A DNA stretch of 56,894 nucleotides from an uncultured Gemmatimonadota bacterium. Lineage in GTDB: Bacteria > Blakebacterota > Blakebacteria > Blakebacterales > Blakebacteraceae. This document shows positions 27,555 to 37,525 of this stretch, in pieces. The stretch is taken from assembly GCA_964576115.1 (NCBI GenBank), contig CAZNUA010000003.1, forward strand, positions 79,116 to 136,009, in the 5' to 3' direction. A program made the position numbers and the translations under genes. Within the stretch, counting starts at the first letter, position 1. Every line of letters begins with the position of its first letter. The notes beneath the pieces are model-generated. The model saw nothing but the letters and a program-made list of their open reading frames with translations, was not told where the DNA came from and did no database searches.

Positions 27555-29894
27555 TCATCTCACGATGATCTCGTCGGCGAAGATCCAGCTGGCACCGCCG
27601 TGACCGGTGTGCCAGTCGGGGCATGCCTTGCGGTTGAGAGCCTCCACCTTCACCCAGCGGGTCTCGACAGGCGCGAAGTCGGCCGCGAAGGTCTCAATGA
27701 AATCGCCGGCCTGGAACTCCGACACGGTGTTCTCCAGGTGAGCCACTTCGGTCCAGTTCTCACCGTCGGTCGAGACCGAGTAGCGAACCTCCAGGGGCAG
27801 CCAGATCCAGGCGTGGATCCCCTGCAGGAAATCGATCGAGATTCCCCGGACGGTGCGCTCGGACTCCAGGTCGATCACGACCGTCATGTCGTGACCTTCG
27901 AATCCGAGCCAGTTGCAGGTCCAGTCCTCGACACCTTTCAGGCCGTCGGTGAAGGTGGCGATCCCGTTGGCGGGATACTTCTCACTCCAGGTCGTGAGCA
28001 CCTCGACCGGTCTGTTCAAGGCCAGGTGGTCCTGCATGCTCACATCAAAGAGCCGTTCGAGCCGCTGGCGGTACTCGGCCGGGGGCACGCCGTGCTCATC
28101 GAGCCGGGTCACCCCCGCCGCTTCACACCCCGTCACGAACTCGTCGAGCAGTTGCCGCATGGCCGGCCGGACACGCCAGGATGAAGTTGGAGTGCGCTCG
28201 AAAAAACCCAGTTCGCCGGTGCCGTAGAGCTTGGCCTGCTCCAGGCGGGCGAATTCGAGCGGCAGGCGGGCTTCGCGGAGCCGGCGGGAGAAGACCGGGT
28301 CGTCCGCCACGGTTTCGGCGGCCCGGGCGAAGAAGCGTTCGTAGCGGTCCATCAAGCGGGGCGTCAGATAGGTGTCGACAGCTTCGCGTGGGCCCTTATA
28401 GATGTCGAGCCGGGCCCCGGAGCGGCGCAGGGTGCGGTGGGTGGTGTCGATGTACCTTCTCAACCACGGTGCCGCCGGGCCGTAGTAGCCGGCAAGAAAG
28501 TCGTCGATCAGAGCGTCGACGTCGGCCTCGGGGTTCCAGAGCAGTTTCGCGATCAGCCACGAGCGCAGCCAGGTGAACTCGCCTCGCAGCCCGCCGCTGC
28601 CCTGTTCGAAGACAGCGTCGATCCCGTTGCGGACGAAGAACCGGATATTGGGCTGCAGGACGTGCAGGTTGGGGAAGGGACTGACGATCGAGGAGAACTG
28701 CACCACATAATCCCAGATCTGGATCCGCGGCGCGATGGCGCTCCATGCCTCGACATCGTGCCGGAAGGCGGCATTGCGGGGGCTGCTGTCGATCGGCACG
28801 CTGCGGTCGCACTCGATACTGCACAGGGTGATCGAAACGTTTGGGCGCGGGCGCAGGTTCCGGGGCGCTGAGCGCGAGTACTGGTAAGCCAGGGTGGTGA
28901 TGATTTTGTCGGGGAATTCGTCGGCCACCCGGTTGACGAAATGCAGCAGCGAGCCGATCGGTCCCCCTTCGGCCTCATCGAGCGCCCGGCATGCCGCGCA
29001 TTCGCACGGTCCGTAGGTGTCATTCTGGCTCACCGACCAGTATGTGACCTCCGGATGTCCAGCCATCATCTCGAGCAGACGCGCCACGACGATGTCGTAC
29101 ACATCGGGGTTGGTCAGACAGAGCTGGTAGGAGGGCGAGCGTTCGCCGGCGATCTGTGAAAAGTACTCGGGGTGATCGGCGAAGTACTCCTCAGGGGGGA
29201 CCAGGTTCTTGAAGGTGTGCACCCGGGTGCTCCACTCCAGGTAGCGGTCCTCGTTGCCATCGTCGAGTCGGTGCCAGTCGCGGTAGGGATTGGAGTAGGC
29301 GTGGGCATAGTTGGTGGAGCGGAAGGTGAGGACCGGTACCTGCACGTCGTTCAGTCGGGGCAGGGTGATCGTGCTCTGCTCGGGGATCACCACGGCCTCG
29401 GGGGCGTACAGCCGGCACCCGAGGTGGGAGGTGAGCAGTTCGTACACGCCGTAGAGCAGGCCCTTTTCGGTGCCGCCGGCGATGACGATGTCGGCTCCGG
29501 CCGTGCGCAGGGCGAAACCGTCCTCTTCCAGGGCGTCGAATTCGATCTCGACCGGCAGGCGGCCAGACCGTCCGGCCGCTGCCAGGTAGATCGCCCGGCC
29601 CTGGATACCGATCTCGGATACCACAATCGGCAGTTCGGCGCCGGATATGCGGTGCAGGTAGTGCTGCAGTTCGCGGGCCGCCCGGGCATCGGTCGAATCG
29701 GCGTTCGAGGAGAGCACGATCGAGTATGCTGACTCGCTGCCGCGGGTGAGCGTGATCGCCGGTCCTCGGGTGCATCCCGGCAGCAGACCGAGAAGAAGCG
29801 GGACAGCACCCAGCAGGCCGGTCAAACAGACGCCCGGGCGTCGAGTGGGCCGCGGCGGCCGATTACCGGTTGTCCGAAGGCGGGTCTCCGTCAT
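27555..29894 (-). CDS. DUF4838-domain lipoprotein with C-terminal discoidin (F5/8-like) domain
   Basis: Lipobox-like LLPGC; GH20/GH67-type N-domain (ARELQHYLHRISGAELPI, GLLYGVYELL); HTF...HPEYFS...QLCLTNP, SVSQND, CECAAC, TLAYQY, WDY, AKLLWNP; C-terminal FADEIIVR. Confidence 0.85.
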   Translation of the reverse strand: MTETRLRTTGNRPPRPTRRPGVCLTGLLGAVPLLLGLLPGCTRGPAITLTRGSESAYSIVLSSNADSTDARAARELQHYLHRISGAELPIVVSEIGIQGRAIYLAAAGRSGRLPVEIEFDALEEDGFALRTAGADIVIAGGTEKGLLYGVYELLTSHLGCRLYAPEAVVIPEQSTITLPRLNDVQVPVLTFRSTNYAHAYSNPYRDWHRLDDGNEDRYLEWSTRVHTFKNLVPPEEYFADHPEYFSQIAGERSPSYQLCLTNPDVYDIVVARLLEMMAGHPEVTYWSVSQNDTYGPCECAACRALDEAEGGPIGSLLHFVNRVADEFPDKIITTLAYQYSRSAPRNLRPRPNVSITLCSIECDRSVPIDSSPRNAAFRHDVEAWSAIAPRIQIWDYVVQFSSIVSPFPNLHVLQPNIRFFVRNGIDAVFEQGSGGLRGEFTWLRSWLIAKLLWNPEADVDALIDDFLAGYYGPAAPWLRRYIDTTHRTLRRSGARLDIYKGPREAVDTYLTPRLMDRYERFFARAAETVADDPVFSRRLREARLPLEFARLEQAKLYGTGELGFFERTPTSSWRVRPAMRQLLDEFVTGCEAAGVTRLDEHGVPPAEYRQRLERLFDVSMQDHLALNRPVEVLTTWSEKYPANGIATFTDGLKGVEDWTCNWLGFEGHDMTVVIDLESERTVRGISIDFLQGIHAWIWLPLEVRYSVSTDGENWTEVAHLENTVSEFQAGDFIETFAADFAPVETRWVKVEALNRKACPDWHTGHGGASWIFADEIIVR
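27560..27635 (-). repeat. Direct repeat B, copy within the intact DUF4838 gene end
   Basis: 73/76 identical to 21852-21927. Confidence 0.92.
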
Positions 29895-29909
29895 CGTCTG
29901 TGCCCGCCG

Positions 29910-32882
29910 TTACCTGTCGAGTAGCGGATCGGGCCGGATGACGAGGGTGCCGACGAACGTCTCCTCGCCGAAATGCATCTCGACCCGGTACTCACCCGGA
30001 TCGACTGACTCGCCCCTGATCGAGATCTGCCGGAAGGTGTACGAGCGGTCGGAAGCCTCGATGAGTTCGCTCAGGATCTCCCGCATCCTCTCCAGGTCGG
30101 GACCGGCCTCTTCGAGTTCGCGGCCCAGGGCCCGGACTGCCCGGGCCTGGGCGCGCGGGGCCTCGGCCAGAAAATCCGTCACGGCAGCGGTCATCCGCTC
30201 GTGTATCTCGACCAGCTGTTCGGCATCGGGATCCCACTCCATCGACCAGCGCAGGCGGTGGATGCCGGGAGTCGCCTCCATGACTGTCCGCCAGGTCCTC
30301 AGACCGGTCACGTCGCTGATCTCGAAAACCACCTCGCCGGTTGCCCCGGGACCGAGATAGTAATTCACGATCGCCTCGCGCCGGGGGTTCTCGCCCGAGA
30401 AGTAGAGCCCGCCCCCCCGGCCCCCGGTGCGGATCGAGAGCCACTGGGTCGTGACGGGGTTTTCGAAGAGATGGACGGTCGATGCCAGCACGTCGGGGGT
30501 AGCCTGCTGCAGGGGAGTGATGTCGTCCAGGATCCAGATGCCGCGGCCGTGGGTGCCGGCCACCAGGTCGCCGTCGCGGGGATGAATCACCAGATCGTGG
30601 AAAGCCACCGTCGGGACGTTCAGGTTCAACCTCGTCCAGCTCTCTCCCCGGTCGATCGAGAAGAAGACCGCGAACTCGGTGCCGACGAAGAGCAGGTTCG
30701 GATTCTCAAGATCCTCCTTGATGACATAGACCGGCTGATCGTCCGGGAGGGTGGCGCCGATGTCGGTCCAGGTCCGACCGTAATCGTCGGTGCGAAAAAC
30801 CCAGGATCGGAAATCGGCCGAACGGTGACCGTCGAAGGTTACGTAACAGGTTCCCTCGGCATGGTGGGAAGCCTCGACCCGGCTCACCCAGGTGGCTTCG
30901 GGCACTCCGGGGATACGCCCGATGACGTTCTCCCAGCTCTGGCCCCCGTTGCGGGTCAGCTGGACGTTGCCGTCATCGGTCCCGACCCAGATCACCCCCT
31001 CGCGCAGCGGCGATTCCGAGATCGTGATGATGGTGCCGTGGAACTCGGCTCCCCCGCCGGGATTGTGGTCGGGGGTGAGCCCGCCCGATTCCTTGATGGT
31101 TTTCTCGTACTCGTTGCGGGAGAGGTCGGGGCTGATGAGGTACCAGCTGTTACCCTGGTCGACCGTCTTGAAGAGATGGTTGGCGCCGAAGAAGATCGTG
31201 TGCGGATTGTGCGGGCTCATCACGATCGGGCCCGACCAGTTCCACCGGAAGGCGCCCATGCCGCTGCCCGGCGAGGGCCCCCAGCCCTTTTCGAGCTGCA
31301 GGGCCTCGATCTCGGGGGTGATGTAATCGTCGTAGTTGACGATGTTCTCGCCCTTCTGCGGCCGCACGTAGGTGCTCTGCCGGGTCAGGATGTCGGTGCG
31401 GTACATCCGTCCCCCGGTGTTACCGGGGTGGGGTTCGGAATACGCGATCCGCCAGTTGGTGGGATCGATCTGCACGTGGTACCCGTCCCCCCCGCTGATG
31501 GTGTACCACAGGTCGGTGTAAATGCCCCGATTGCGCGTCTGCGAGGGGCCGCCCCAGGTACCGTTGTCCTGCAGGCCCCCGTAGACGTAGTAGGGATCGC
31601 GCATGTCGACCCCGAGCATGTAGAACTGACTCACCACGAAGTTGTCGAACATCAGAAAGCTGTCACCGTGATCGTGGGTCAGATAGATCCCCCCGTCATT
31701 GCCCACATAGAAGCGATCCTTTGAATGCGGGTCGAGCCAGAGGGCGTGGTAATCGCTGTGAATCCCTCCACCCCGGAAACGCTGCCAGGTACGGCCCCCG
31801 TCCTCCGAATACTGGAAGCCGCCGGTGAGCCGGTAGATGAGCTGGTCGTCGTGGGGATTGATCCAGACGTGGCTGTAATAAAAAGGCCGGTTCTGATAGC
31901 GGTTCACGAAAGTCCAGCTCTCGCCGCCGTCTTCGGAACGATACATCCCCGAACCGAGCTGGCTCAGGTTTTCATAGGCCGGATCGTTCCGCTCGGGCTG
32001 GAAGCCGTGCTCGTAGTAGGCCATGAGTACGTCGGGAGAGTAGCGGCAGACCGCCAGGCCGATCTTGCCCGAATCGCCTTCGGGCAGTCCCCGGGTGAGC
32101 TGGCGCCAGGTCGCGCCGCCGTCGGTGGTCTTGAAGATGCCGCCGTTGGGGCCGCCCGAATCGAGCCGCCACGGTTTGCGGGTCCGCGGCCAGAAGGCCA
32201 CCCAGATGAGGTCGGGATTCTCGGGGTGCATGATCGCCTCGCATGCCCCCGAGACCGGATCGTCGGGCAGGCCGCCCGAGAGCTTGCGCCAGGTGCGGCC
32301 GCCGTCGGTCGTCTTGAAGAACCCCCGGTCGCCGACCGTGCCCCAGATGCAGCCCAGGGCGGCGACGTAGGCGATGTCGGGATCGGTGGGGTGGGTCAGG
32401 ACGGTGCCGATTGTATAGGTGTTTTCCAGGCCCATCAGCTCGAAGCTCTCTCCGCCGTCGGTGGACTTGTAGACCCCATGTCCCCAGGCGGCGCTGTTGC
32501 GGCCGCACTCCTCGCCGGTGCCGACCCAGATGATGTCGGGATCGGGCTGGAAGATGGCGATGTCGCCGATCGAAGCCGCCTCGTAGTCATCGAAGATCGG
32601 CTCCCAGGTCGTGCCGGCATTGACCGATTTCCAGACCCCCCCCGAAGCCGAAGCCACGTAGACGAGGGCGAAATTGTCATCGGCCGCTTCGATGTCAGAG
32701 ATCCGACCCCCCATGTTGGCCGGACCGATGTTGCGCCAGTGCATGTCGGCGATCAGACTCGCCGGGTCGACCTGGGCCTGGAGAACGGGGGGCGTGTGAA
32801 GGGTAGCGAGGGCAGCGACCAGTGCGAGAACGGTGAGGATCCGAACCGGCCGGCGGATCCGGGAGCGGCGGGCGCGGGACAT
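29910..32882 (-). CDS. VPS10/sortilin-like BNR-repeat (Asp-box) secreted protein
   Basis: WRNIGPANMGGRI, many S/T-x-D-G-G-x-T/S-W Asp-boxes, GGLQDNG, GGDG, GTDDG, THGRGIWILDD; RBS AGGAGG. Confidence 0.9.
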   Translation of the reverse strand: MSRARRSRIRRPVRILTVLALVAALATLHTPPVLQAQVDPASLIADMHWRNIGPANMGGRISDIEAADDNFALVYVASASGGVWKSVNAGTTWEPIFDDYEAASIGDIAIFQPDPDIIWVGTGEECGRNSAAWGHGVYKSTDGGESFELMGLENTYTIGTVLTHPTDPDIAYVAALGCIWGTVGDRGFFKTTDGGRTWRKLSGGLPDDPVSGACEAIMHPENPDLIWVAFWPRTRKPWRLDSGGPNGGIFKTTDGGATWRQLTRGLPEGDSGKIGLAVCRYSPDVLMAYYEHGFQPERNDPAYENLSQLGSGMYRSEDGGESWTFVNRYQNRPFYYSHVWINPHDDQLIYRLTGGFQYSEDGGRTWQRFRGGGIHSDYHALWLDPHSKDRFYVGNDGGIYLTHDHGDSFLMFDNFVVSQFYMLGVDMRDPYYVYGGLQDNGTWGGPSQTRNRGIYTDLWYTISGGDGYHVQIDPTNWRIAYSEPHPGNTGGRMYRTDILTRQSTYVRPQKGENIVNYDDYITPEIEALQLEKGWGPSPGSGMGAFRWNWSGPIVMSPHNPHTIFFGANHLFKTVDQGNSWYLISPDLSRNEYEKTIKESGGLTPDHNPGGGAEFHGTIITISESPLREGVIWVGTDDGNVQLTRNGGQSWENVIGRIPGVPEATWVSRVEASHHAEGTCYVTFDGHRSADFRSWVFRTDDYGRTWTDIGATLPDDQPVYVIKEDLENPNLLFVGTEFAVFFSIDRGESWTRLNLNVPTVAFHDLVIHPRDGDLVAGTHGRGIWILDDITPLQQATPDVLASTVHLFENPVTTQWLSIRTGGRGGGLYFSGENPRREAIVNYYLGPGATGEVVFEISDVTGLRTWRTVMEATPGIHRLRWSMEWDPDAEQLVEIHERMTAAVTDFLAEAPRAQARAVRALGRELEEAGPDLERMREILSELIEASDRSYTFRQISIRGESVDPGEYRVEMHFGEETFVGTLVIRPDPLLDR

Positions 32883-32969
32883 GGAGCTTCCTCCTGCAGG
32901 TGTGAGGGATCCCGCCGATTCTACTCCGTACCGCAACGATTGCTGAGCGGATTCTTCATCCCGGACCGT

Positions 32970-33668
32970 TCAGCCGAGCGACGCCAGCCAGTTGTCCATG
33001 AAGCGGACGGCGAGTTCGTCCATGGCGGGTTGCCGCGACCGGCACTCGGCGACGACCTGCCCGGCCGTCTTACCCGCTTCGGGCAGTTCGTGAGCGTACT
33101 CGACCGTCCAGCGGGCGGCCTGGGCGACGGTGATCTCGATATGGAACTGCAGGCCGATGATCCCGCCGGAACGGAACATCTGGTGAGGACAGCTCTCGCC
33201 TGCGACCAGGTGGGAGGCGCCGGGGGGGATGTCGAAGGTGTCGCCGTGCCAGTGGAAGACCGGAAAGGCTGCGGGGAAGTGAGCCAGCAGGGGATCGGCC
33301 CGCCCGGCTTCGGTCAGCCACAGCTCGTAGCCGCCGATTTCCATGACCGGATTCCGACGCACGTCGGCCCCCAGAATCGAAGCCAGAAGCTGGGCTCCGA
33401 AACAGATGCCGAGGGCGTTCCCGTGGCTCTCCACGAGCCGTTCGAGCCAGGCCCGCTCGCGCGCCAGAAAGGCATGCTTGGCGGACTCGCGCACACAGAT
33501 TGGCGTGCCTCCGACGATCACGGCCTCGAAGCCGGCGGGGTCGGGCAGGGGCTCGTCAGCCCAGGCGGGTACGATCCGGTGATCGATGTGGCGGTCGAGC
33601 AGATACTGTTCGTGCAGACCGAGCCCTTCGGCCGGATGGTTCTGCAGGATGAGGATCGTCACGGTCAC
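32970..33668 (-). CDS. Type 1 glutamine amidotransferase-like protein
   Basis: GICFGAQ nucleophile elbow, FHWHGDTF, LQFHIE (Cys-His-Glu triad). Confidence 0.9.
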   Translation of the reverse strand: MTVTILILQNHPAEGLGLHEQYLLDRHIDHRIVPAWADEPLPDPAGFEAVIVGGTPICVRESAKHAFLARERAWLERLVESHGNALGICFGAQLLASILGADVRRNPVMEIGGYELWLTEAGRADPLLAHFPAAFPVFHWHGDTFDIPPGASHLVAGESCPHQMFRSGGIIGLQFHIEITVAQAARWTVEYAHELPEAGKTAGQVVAECRSRQPAMDELAVRFMDNWLASLG

Positions 33669-33783
33669 CGCCCCGGGGTGCGGGTGGGTTCAGATGCCTC
33701 AAACATAGCAGCGGCGTGCAGCCGCTAGCCACCCGCGAGTAGTTGAAGGGCATCACGATCCGGGAGTAATCCGTGAGGTATGT

Positions 33784-34971
33784 TCAATCGGGAACAGGCA
33801 ACGAAGCGGAGAGATCGGACACACCGACCGCCCGGATCGGCGGATTCTTCTGCATGAGGTAGGGTTTCGATACTCTCGAGGCGACATAGCCGATCTCGAT
33901 CGCATCCTCTCCATAGGAGTCCAGAAAGTGGCGGAAGCCACGTGCCGCCTCGTGTCCCGGATTCTCGGAGGCTTTGCATTCGACGGCGATGAAACGGCCT
34001 CCACGCTCGATCAACAGGTCGACTTCCTGACCATGGGCGGTTCTCCAGAACCAGATCGGAGGGCGCTGGCTTTCGACCTGGAAGTGCCGCATCACCTGAC
34101 CGACGACGAAGGACTCCCAGAGCGCACCCATCGCAGGAGCGGCCCGCAACATTTTCGTGTCCTGGATTCCCTGCAGGTAGCAGGCGAGTCCCGTGTCGGC
34201 GAAGTAGAGCTTGGGGGACTTCGTGAGGCGCTTCCCGGTACTCCGGTAGTATGGCTCCAGCAGGTAGATCTGCCCTGATGCCCGGAGCACGGAAACCCAC
34301 GCCTTGACCGTGTTGGGTGCGATCCCCACATCCCGGGCCAGTTCCGCATACGACAGCATCTGCCCGGTGCGTGCAGCAGTGGCGCGCAGGAAACGGTCGA
34401 AGTCCCTCAGATCGCCGACCTGCCTGAGATTGCGTACGTCTCGTTCCAGATAAGTGGACAGATAGGATGCATACCAGTCAGCCGCCCTGATGGCTGATCC
34501 CGAGTACAATTCCGGGAAACCTCCCTGTATGAGAAATTCGAGGTCGAGCAGGTTCCCGAACGCCCTCCGGATTTCCCGGAAGGAGAGCGTGTTCATCTCC
34601 AGAACCGCACAGCGTCCGGCAAGACTCTCCGAGACGTTCTGCATCAACGCGAACGTCTGGGAACCGGTCATGATGTACCGGCCGGGTCTGCGATCCTCGT
34701 CGAGGCGGAGTTTCAGATGGCGGAAGAGGTGCGGGACGTACTGCACTTCGTCGAACAGGACTGGTTCGTCCAGAGATGACAGGAACACATCGGGCTCGGT
34801 CTCTGCCTGCCGGGCTGCAGCAGGATCATCGAATGAGACATAGGTGTGAGAAGGGAACTCGCGGCGCATGAGGGAGGTCTTTCCGACCTGCCGGGGGCCC
34901 GTCAGAATCACGGCAGGGAATGTACCGGACAGCCGTTGTAGTGTTTTTGACCATTCTCGCTCAATCCACAT
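33784..34971 (-). CDS. AAA_14 ATPase with DUF4143 domain (second, divergent paralog)
   Basis: GPRQVGKT, FDEVQ, TGSQ, ESLAGR, GGFPE, YLERDV, PKLYFADTG, FWRT...EVDL...ECK. Confidence 0.9.
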   Translation of the reverse strand: MWIEREWSKTLQRLSGTFPAVILTGPRQVGKTSLMRREFPSHTYVSFDDPAAARQAETEPDVFLSSLDEPVLFDEVQYVPHLFRHLKLRLDEDRRPGRYIMTGSQTFALMQNVSESLAGRCAVLEMNTLSFREIRRAFGNLLDLEFLIQGGFPELYSGSAIRAADWYASYLSTYLERDVRNLRQVGDLRDFDRFLRATAARTGQMLSYAELARDVGIAPNTVKAWVSVLRASGQIYLLEPYYRSTGKRLTKSPKLYFADTGLACYLQGIQDTKMLRAAPAMGALWESFVVGQVMRHFQVESQRPPIWFWRTAHGQEVDLLIERGGRFIAVECKASENPGHEAARGFRHFLDSYGEDAIEIGYVASRVSKPYLMQKNPPIRAVGVSDLSASLPVPD

Positions 34972-34977
34972 GCGGAT

Positions 34978-35006
34978 ATTATGCAATCTAACTGCTGATT
35001 TGTCAA
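34978..35006 (-). promoter_or_regulatory. Sigma70 promoter, probably leaderless
   Basis: TTGACA-17 bp-CATAAT-6 bp-ATG(34971) on the minus strand, leaving no room for an RBS. Confidence 0.75.
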
Positions 35007-35131
35007 GCATGAGGGATGGAGAAACAGCATGGCATGCCGGTCGGTGTGATGGTTCCCCCTTGCCCGGGGACCGGATTCTCTGATCTTGAACAGCCGGCAG
35101 GCGTATCTCACATCTCCGATCGAGGTTGATC

Positions 35132-36946
35132 ATGAGAGTCTTGACCGGTCGCAAGATCACCGCCGCTTCTCTGCTTCTCGCCGCCGTCATCGGCGGCTCG
35201 GTTCTCTCCTTTTGCAGCGGCCCCGCCCCCGATCCGGCCATCACCGCCACCGAGCTGCGCGACTACGTCGAGACGCTGGCAGATGACCGTCTGGAGGGAC
35301 GTCGTACAGGAACCCGGGGAGGCGAGCGGGCCGCCCGTTATCTGGCCCGGGTTTTCGAGCAGCTGGGGCTGGAACCGATGGGCGATGCCGGCGGCTGGTA
35401 CCAGGAATTCACCTTCATTGCCGAGATGATGCTCGGCGATGACAATGCGCTCACGGTCGACGGTTCGCAGGAGGATTACCACCCCTGGATCGACTGGCAG
35501 CCGCTGGCCTGGAGCGAGAGCGGGGATGGCTCGTGGGAGGTCGTCTTCGCCGGTTACGGTATCTCAGCCCCCGATGAGGGTTACGACGACTACGCCGGGC
35601 TCGATGTCGAAGGCAAGGCCGTGCTCGTGCTCCCCTACGGCCCGCTCATCGAAGGGGGCGGCATGAAACTGCCCGCCTGGCATGCCCTGCGGCGCAAGGC
35701 TGCGACGGCCCGCGATGCCGGGGCCGCGGTGCTGCTGGTGGCCCCGCATCCCGCCTTTGACGAATCCGGTTACCTCGAACCCCTGCGGCTGGAGCGGGGG
35801 GCTTCAGCAGCCGGCATCATCGCCCTCTCGGTCACGGCCGAGGTGGCCGGTACCCTGCTCGGCTCCGATCGCGATCTGGGCGAGCTGCAGCGCGGCATCG
35901 ACACCGCCTTCCATCCCGCGTCCTTCCCCACCGGCTGCACGGTCGAGGTGCAGGTGGACCTCGAGCCGGTCCTGCGTACCGGCCGCAACGTGCTCGGGGC
36001 TCTGGCCGCCGCCGACCCCGGTGCCCCCTGGATCGTCATCGGGGCCCATTTCGATCACCTCGGCTGGGGGGGTGAGGGTTCGCTCGTGCCCGAAGAGCGT
36101 GCCATCCATAACGGGGCTGACGACAATGCGTCAGGTACGGCCGGCGTGCTCGAACTGGCCGGCGCCTTCACGGCCTCGCCCCCGACGAGCCGGAACATCC
36201 TCTTCGTCGCCTTCGACGGCGAGGAACTGGGCCTGCTCGGCTCGTCGGCCCTGGCCGAGGACTTGCCCGACGCAGTCGGCGAGATCGAAGCGATGCTCAA
36301 CATGGACATGATCGGCCGGCTCACCGATTCCAGACTGACTGTCTACGGTACCGGTACCAGTCCCGCCTGGGATTCTCTGCTCACGACAGTGAACTCGAGT
36401 GAAGCGTACGGATTCGAGCTGGCCCGCATCCCCGACGGCTACGGTGCCTCCGATCATTCCCCCTTCTATGCCAGGGACATTCCTGTGCTGGCCTTTTTTA
36501 CCGGCACTCACGCCGATTACCACCGGCCCTCGGATGATGCCGACCTGCTCAACTATCGCGGCCAGCAGAAGATCGTCCGCTTCATCCGCGACCTGTTAGC
36601 CGAGTGGAGTTCCGGCGAGCGTCTGGCCTTCCAGCCGGCCGGCGAGCCCGAGCAGGCAGGAGCGCGGATGACTTTCGGGGTCTACACCGGGGTGGTCCCC
36701 GACTTCGGGTATCAGGGTGAAGGTTTCGGGATCAGCGGGGTCAATGACGGCTCTCCGGCGGCCATGGCCGGTCTCGAAGCGGGGGATGCCATCCTCCGCC
36801 TGGGGCACCGCACCATCCGCGACATTTACGACTATACCTACGCCCTGCAGGAGGGAACCCCGGGGCAGAGGGTCGAGGTCGAAGTTCTACGCTCGGGTGA
36901 GCACTTCATGGTACAGATGGTCTTCGGCAACAGACGGGGCCGGTAG
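35132..36946 (+). CDS. M28 family metallopeptidase with PA and PDZ domains
   Basis: LEGRRTG, VVFAGYGI...DDYAGLDV (PA), GAHFDHLG, NGADDNASG, GEELGLLGS, NMDMIG, SDH, DYH; C-terminal PDZ (GVVPD...SPAAMAGLEAGD). Confidence 0.92.
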   Translation: MRVLTGRKITAASLLLAAVIGGSVLSFCSGPAPDPAITATELRDYVETLADDRLEGRRTGTRGGERAARYLARVFEQLGLEPMGDAGGWYQEFTFIAEMMLGDDNALTVDGSQEDYHPWIDWQPLAWSESGDGSWEVVFAGYGISAPDEGYDDYAGLDVEGKAVLVLPYGPLIEGGGMKLPAWHALRRKAATARDAGAAVLLVAPHPAFDESGYLEPLRLERGASAAGIIALSVTAEVAGTLLGSDRDLGELQRGIDTAFHPASFPTGCTVEVQVDLEPVLRTGRNVLGALAAADPGAPWIVIGAHFDHLGWGGEGSLVPEERAIHNGADDNASGTAGVLELAGAFTASPPTSRNILFVAFDGEELGLLGSSALAEDLPDAVGEIEAMLNMDMIGRLTDSRLTVYGTGTSPAWDSLLTTVNSSEAYGFELARIPDGYGASDHSPFYARDIPVLAFFTGTHADYHRPSDDADLLNYRGQQKIVRFIRDLLAEWSSGERLAFQPAGEPEQAGARMTFGVYTGVVPDFGYQGEGFGISGVNDGSPAAMAGLEAGDAILRLGHRTIRDIYDYTYALQEGTPGQRVEVEVLRSGEHFMVQMVFGNRRGR

Positions 36947-37048
36947 CGCCGGGACCGGTTCCAGCAGCTCCACGTTCTATTCCGGAAGCGGTCCGATGCG
37001 TACCGGTCGTCCCGGTCTACGGAACGTACCGGCCCACCAGCTCCCCCC

Positions 37049-37116
37049 TTCCCTTTATCATTTTAGGGAAACCTTCCCGTCCGCTTCCCGTATCCACCTT
37101 TAGCATCTTAGGGAAA
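37049..37116. promoter_or_regulatory. Two related sites upstream of padR (candidate PadR operators)
   Basis: CCTTTATCATTTTAGGGAAA (37052-37071) and CCTTTAGCATCTTAGGGAAA (37097-37116), 18/20 identical. The first lies within the palindrome TTCCCT-N10-AGGGAA. Confidence 0.65.
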
Positions 37117-37166
37117 GATGCCCGACTCGTTCGGACCTCAAGAACCCGGTCCGGGGAGAGAACACG

Positions 37167-37520
37167 ATGGGGAAAAAGCGGACAGTGCCCGCCGGTATGG
37201 AGATCATCCAGGGAACCCTCGACATGCTCATCCTCAAGGCGCTCCTCTTCGGTCCGCGCCACGGGTGGGATGTGCTCTGCTGGCTGCGCGATCAGGCCGG
37301 GGGTGAACTCGCTTTTGAAGAGGGTGCTATCTACCCGGCCCTCTACCGGCTCGAAAGGCGCAGCCTGGTCCAGTCGCAGTGGGGGCTTTCAGAGAACAAC
37401 CGGCGGGCGAAGTTTTATCAGCTCACCGAGCAGGGGCGCGGCGAGCTGACCAGTCGTGGGTCCGAGTGGGCCCGCTATGTCCAGGTTGTGGATCGTATCC
37501 TGGCCGCGCCGACGGAGTAA
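37167..37520 (+). CDS. PadR family transcriptional regulator (ADOP-associated type)
   Basis: QGTLDMLILKAL, HG, EGAIYPALYRLE, WGLSENNRRAKFYQLT. Confidence 0.93.
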   Translation: MGKKRTVPAGMEIIQGTLDMLILKALLFGPRHGWDVLCWLRDQAGGELAFEEGAIYPALYRLERRSLVQSQWGLSENNRRAKFYQLTEQGRGELTSRGSEWARYVQVVDRILAAPTE

Positions 37521-37525
37521 GAGCA

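Noticed and set aside
17257-27635. Diversity-generating retroelement (TR/VR pairs) as the explanation for the gene-end duplications
   Set aside because: Mismatches are not adenine-specific (3 of 8 for repeat A, 2 of 3 for repeat B have A in the relic copy), most changed codons are synonymous, and no reverse transcriptase is in the window.
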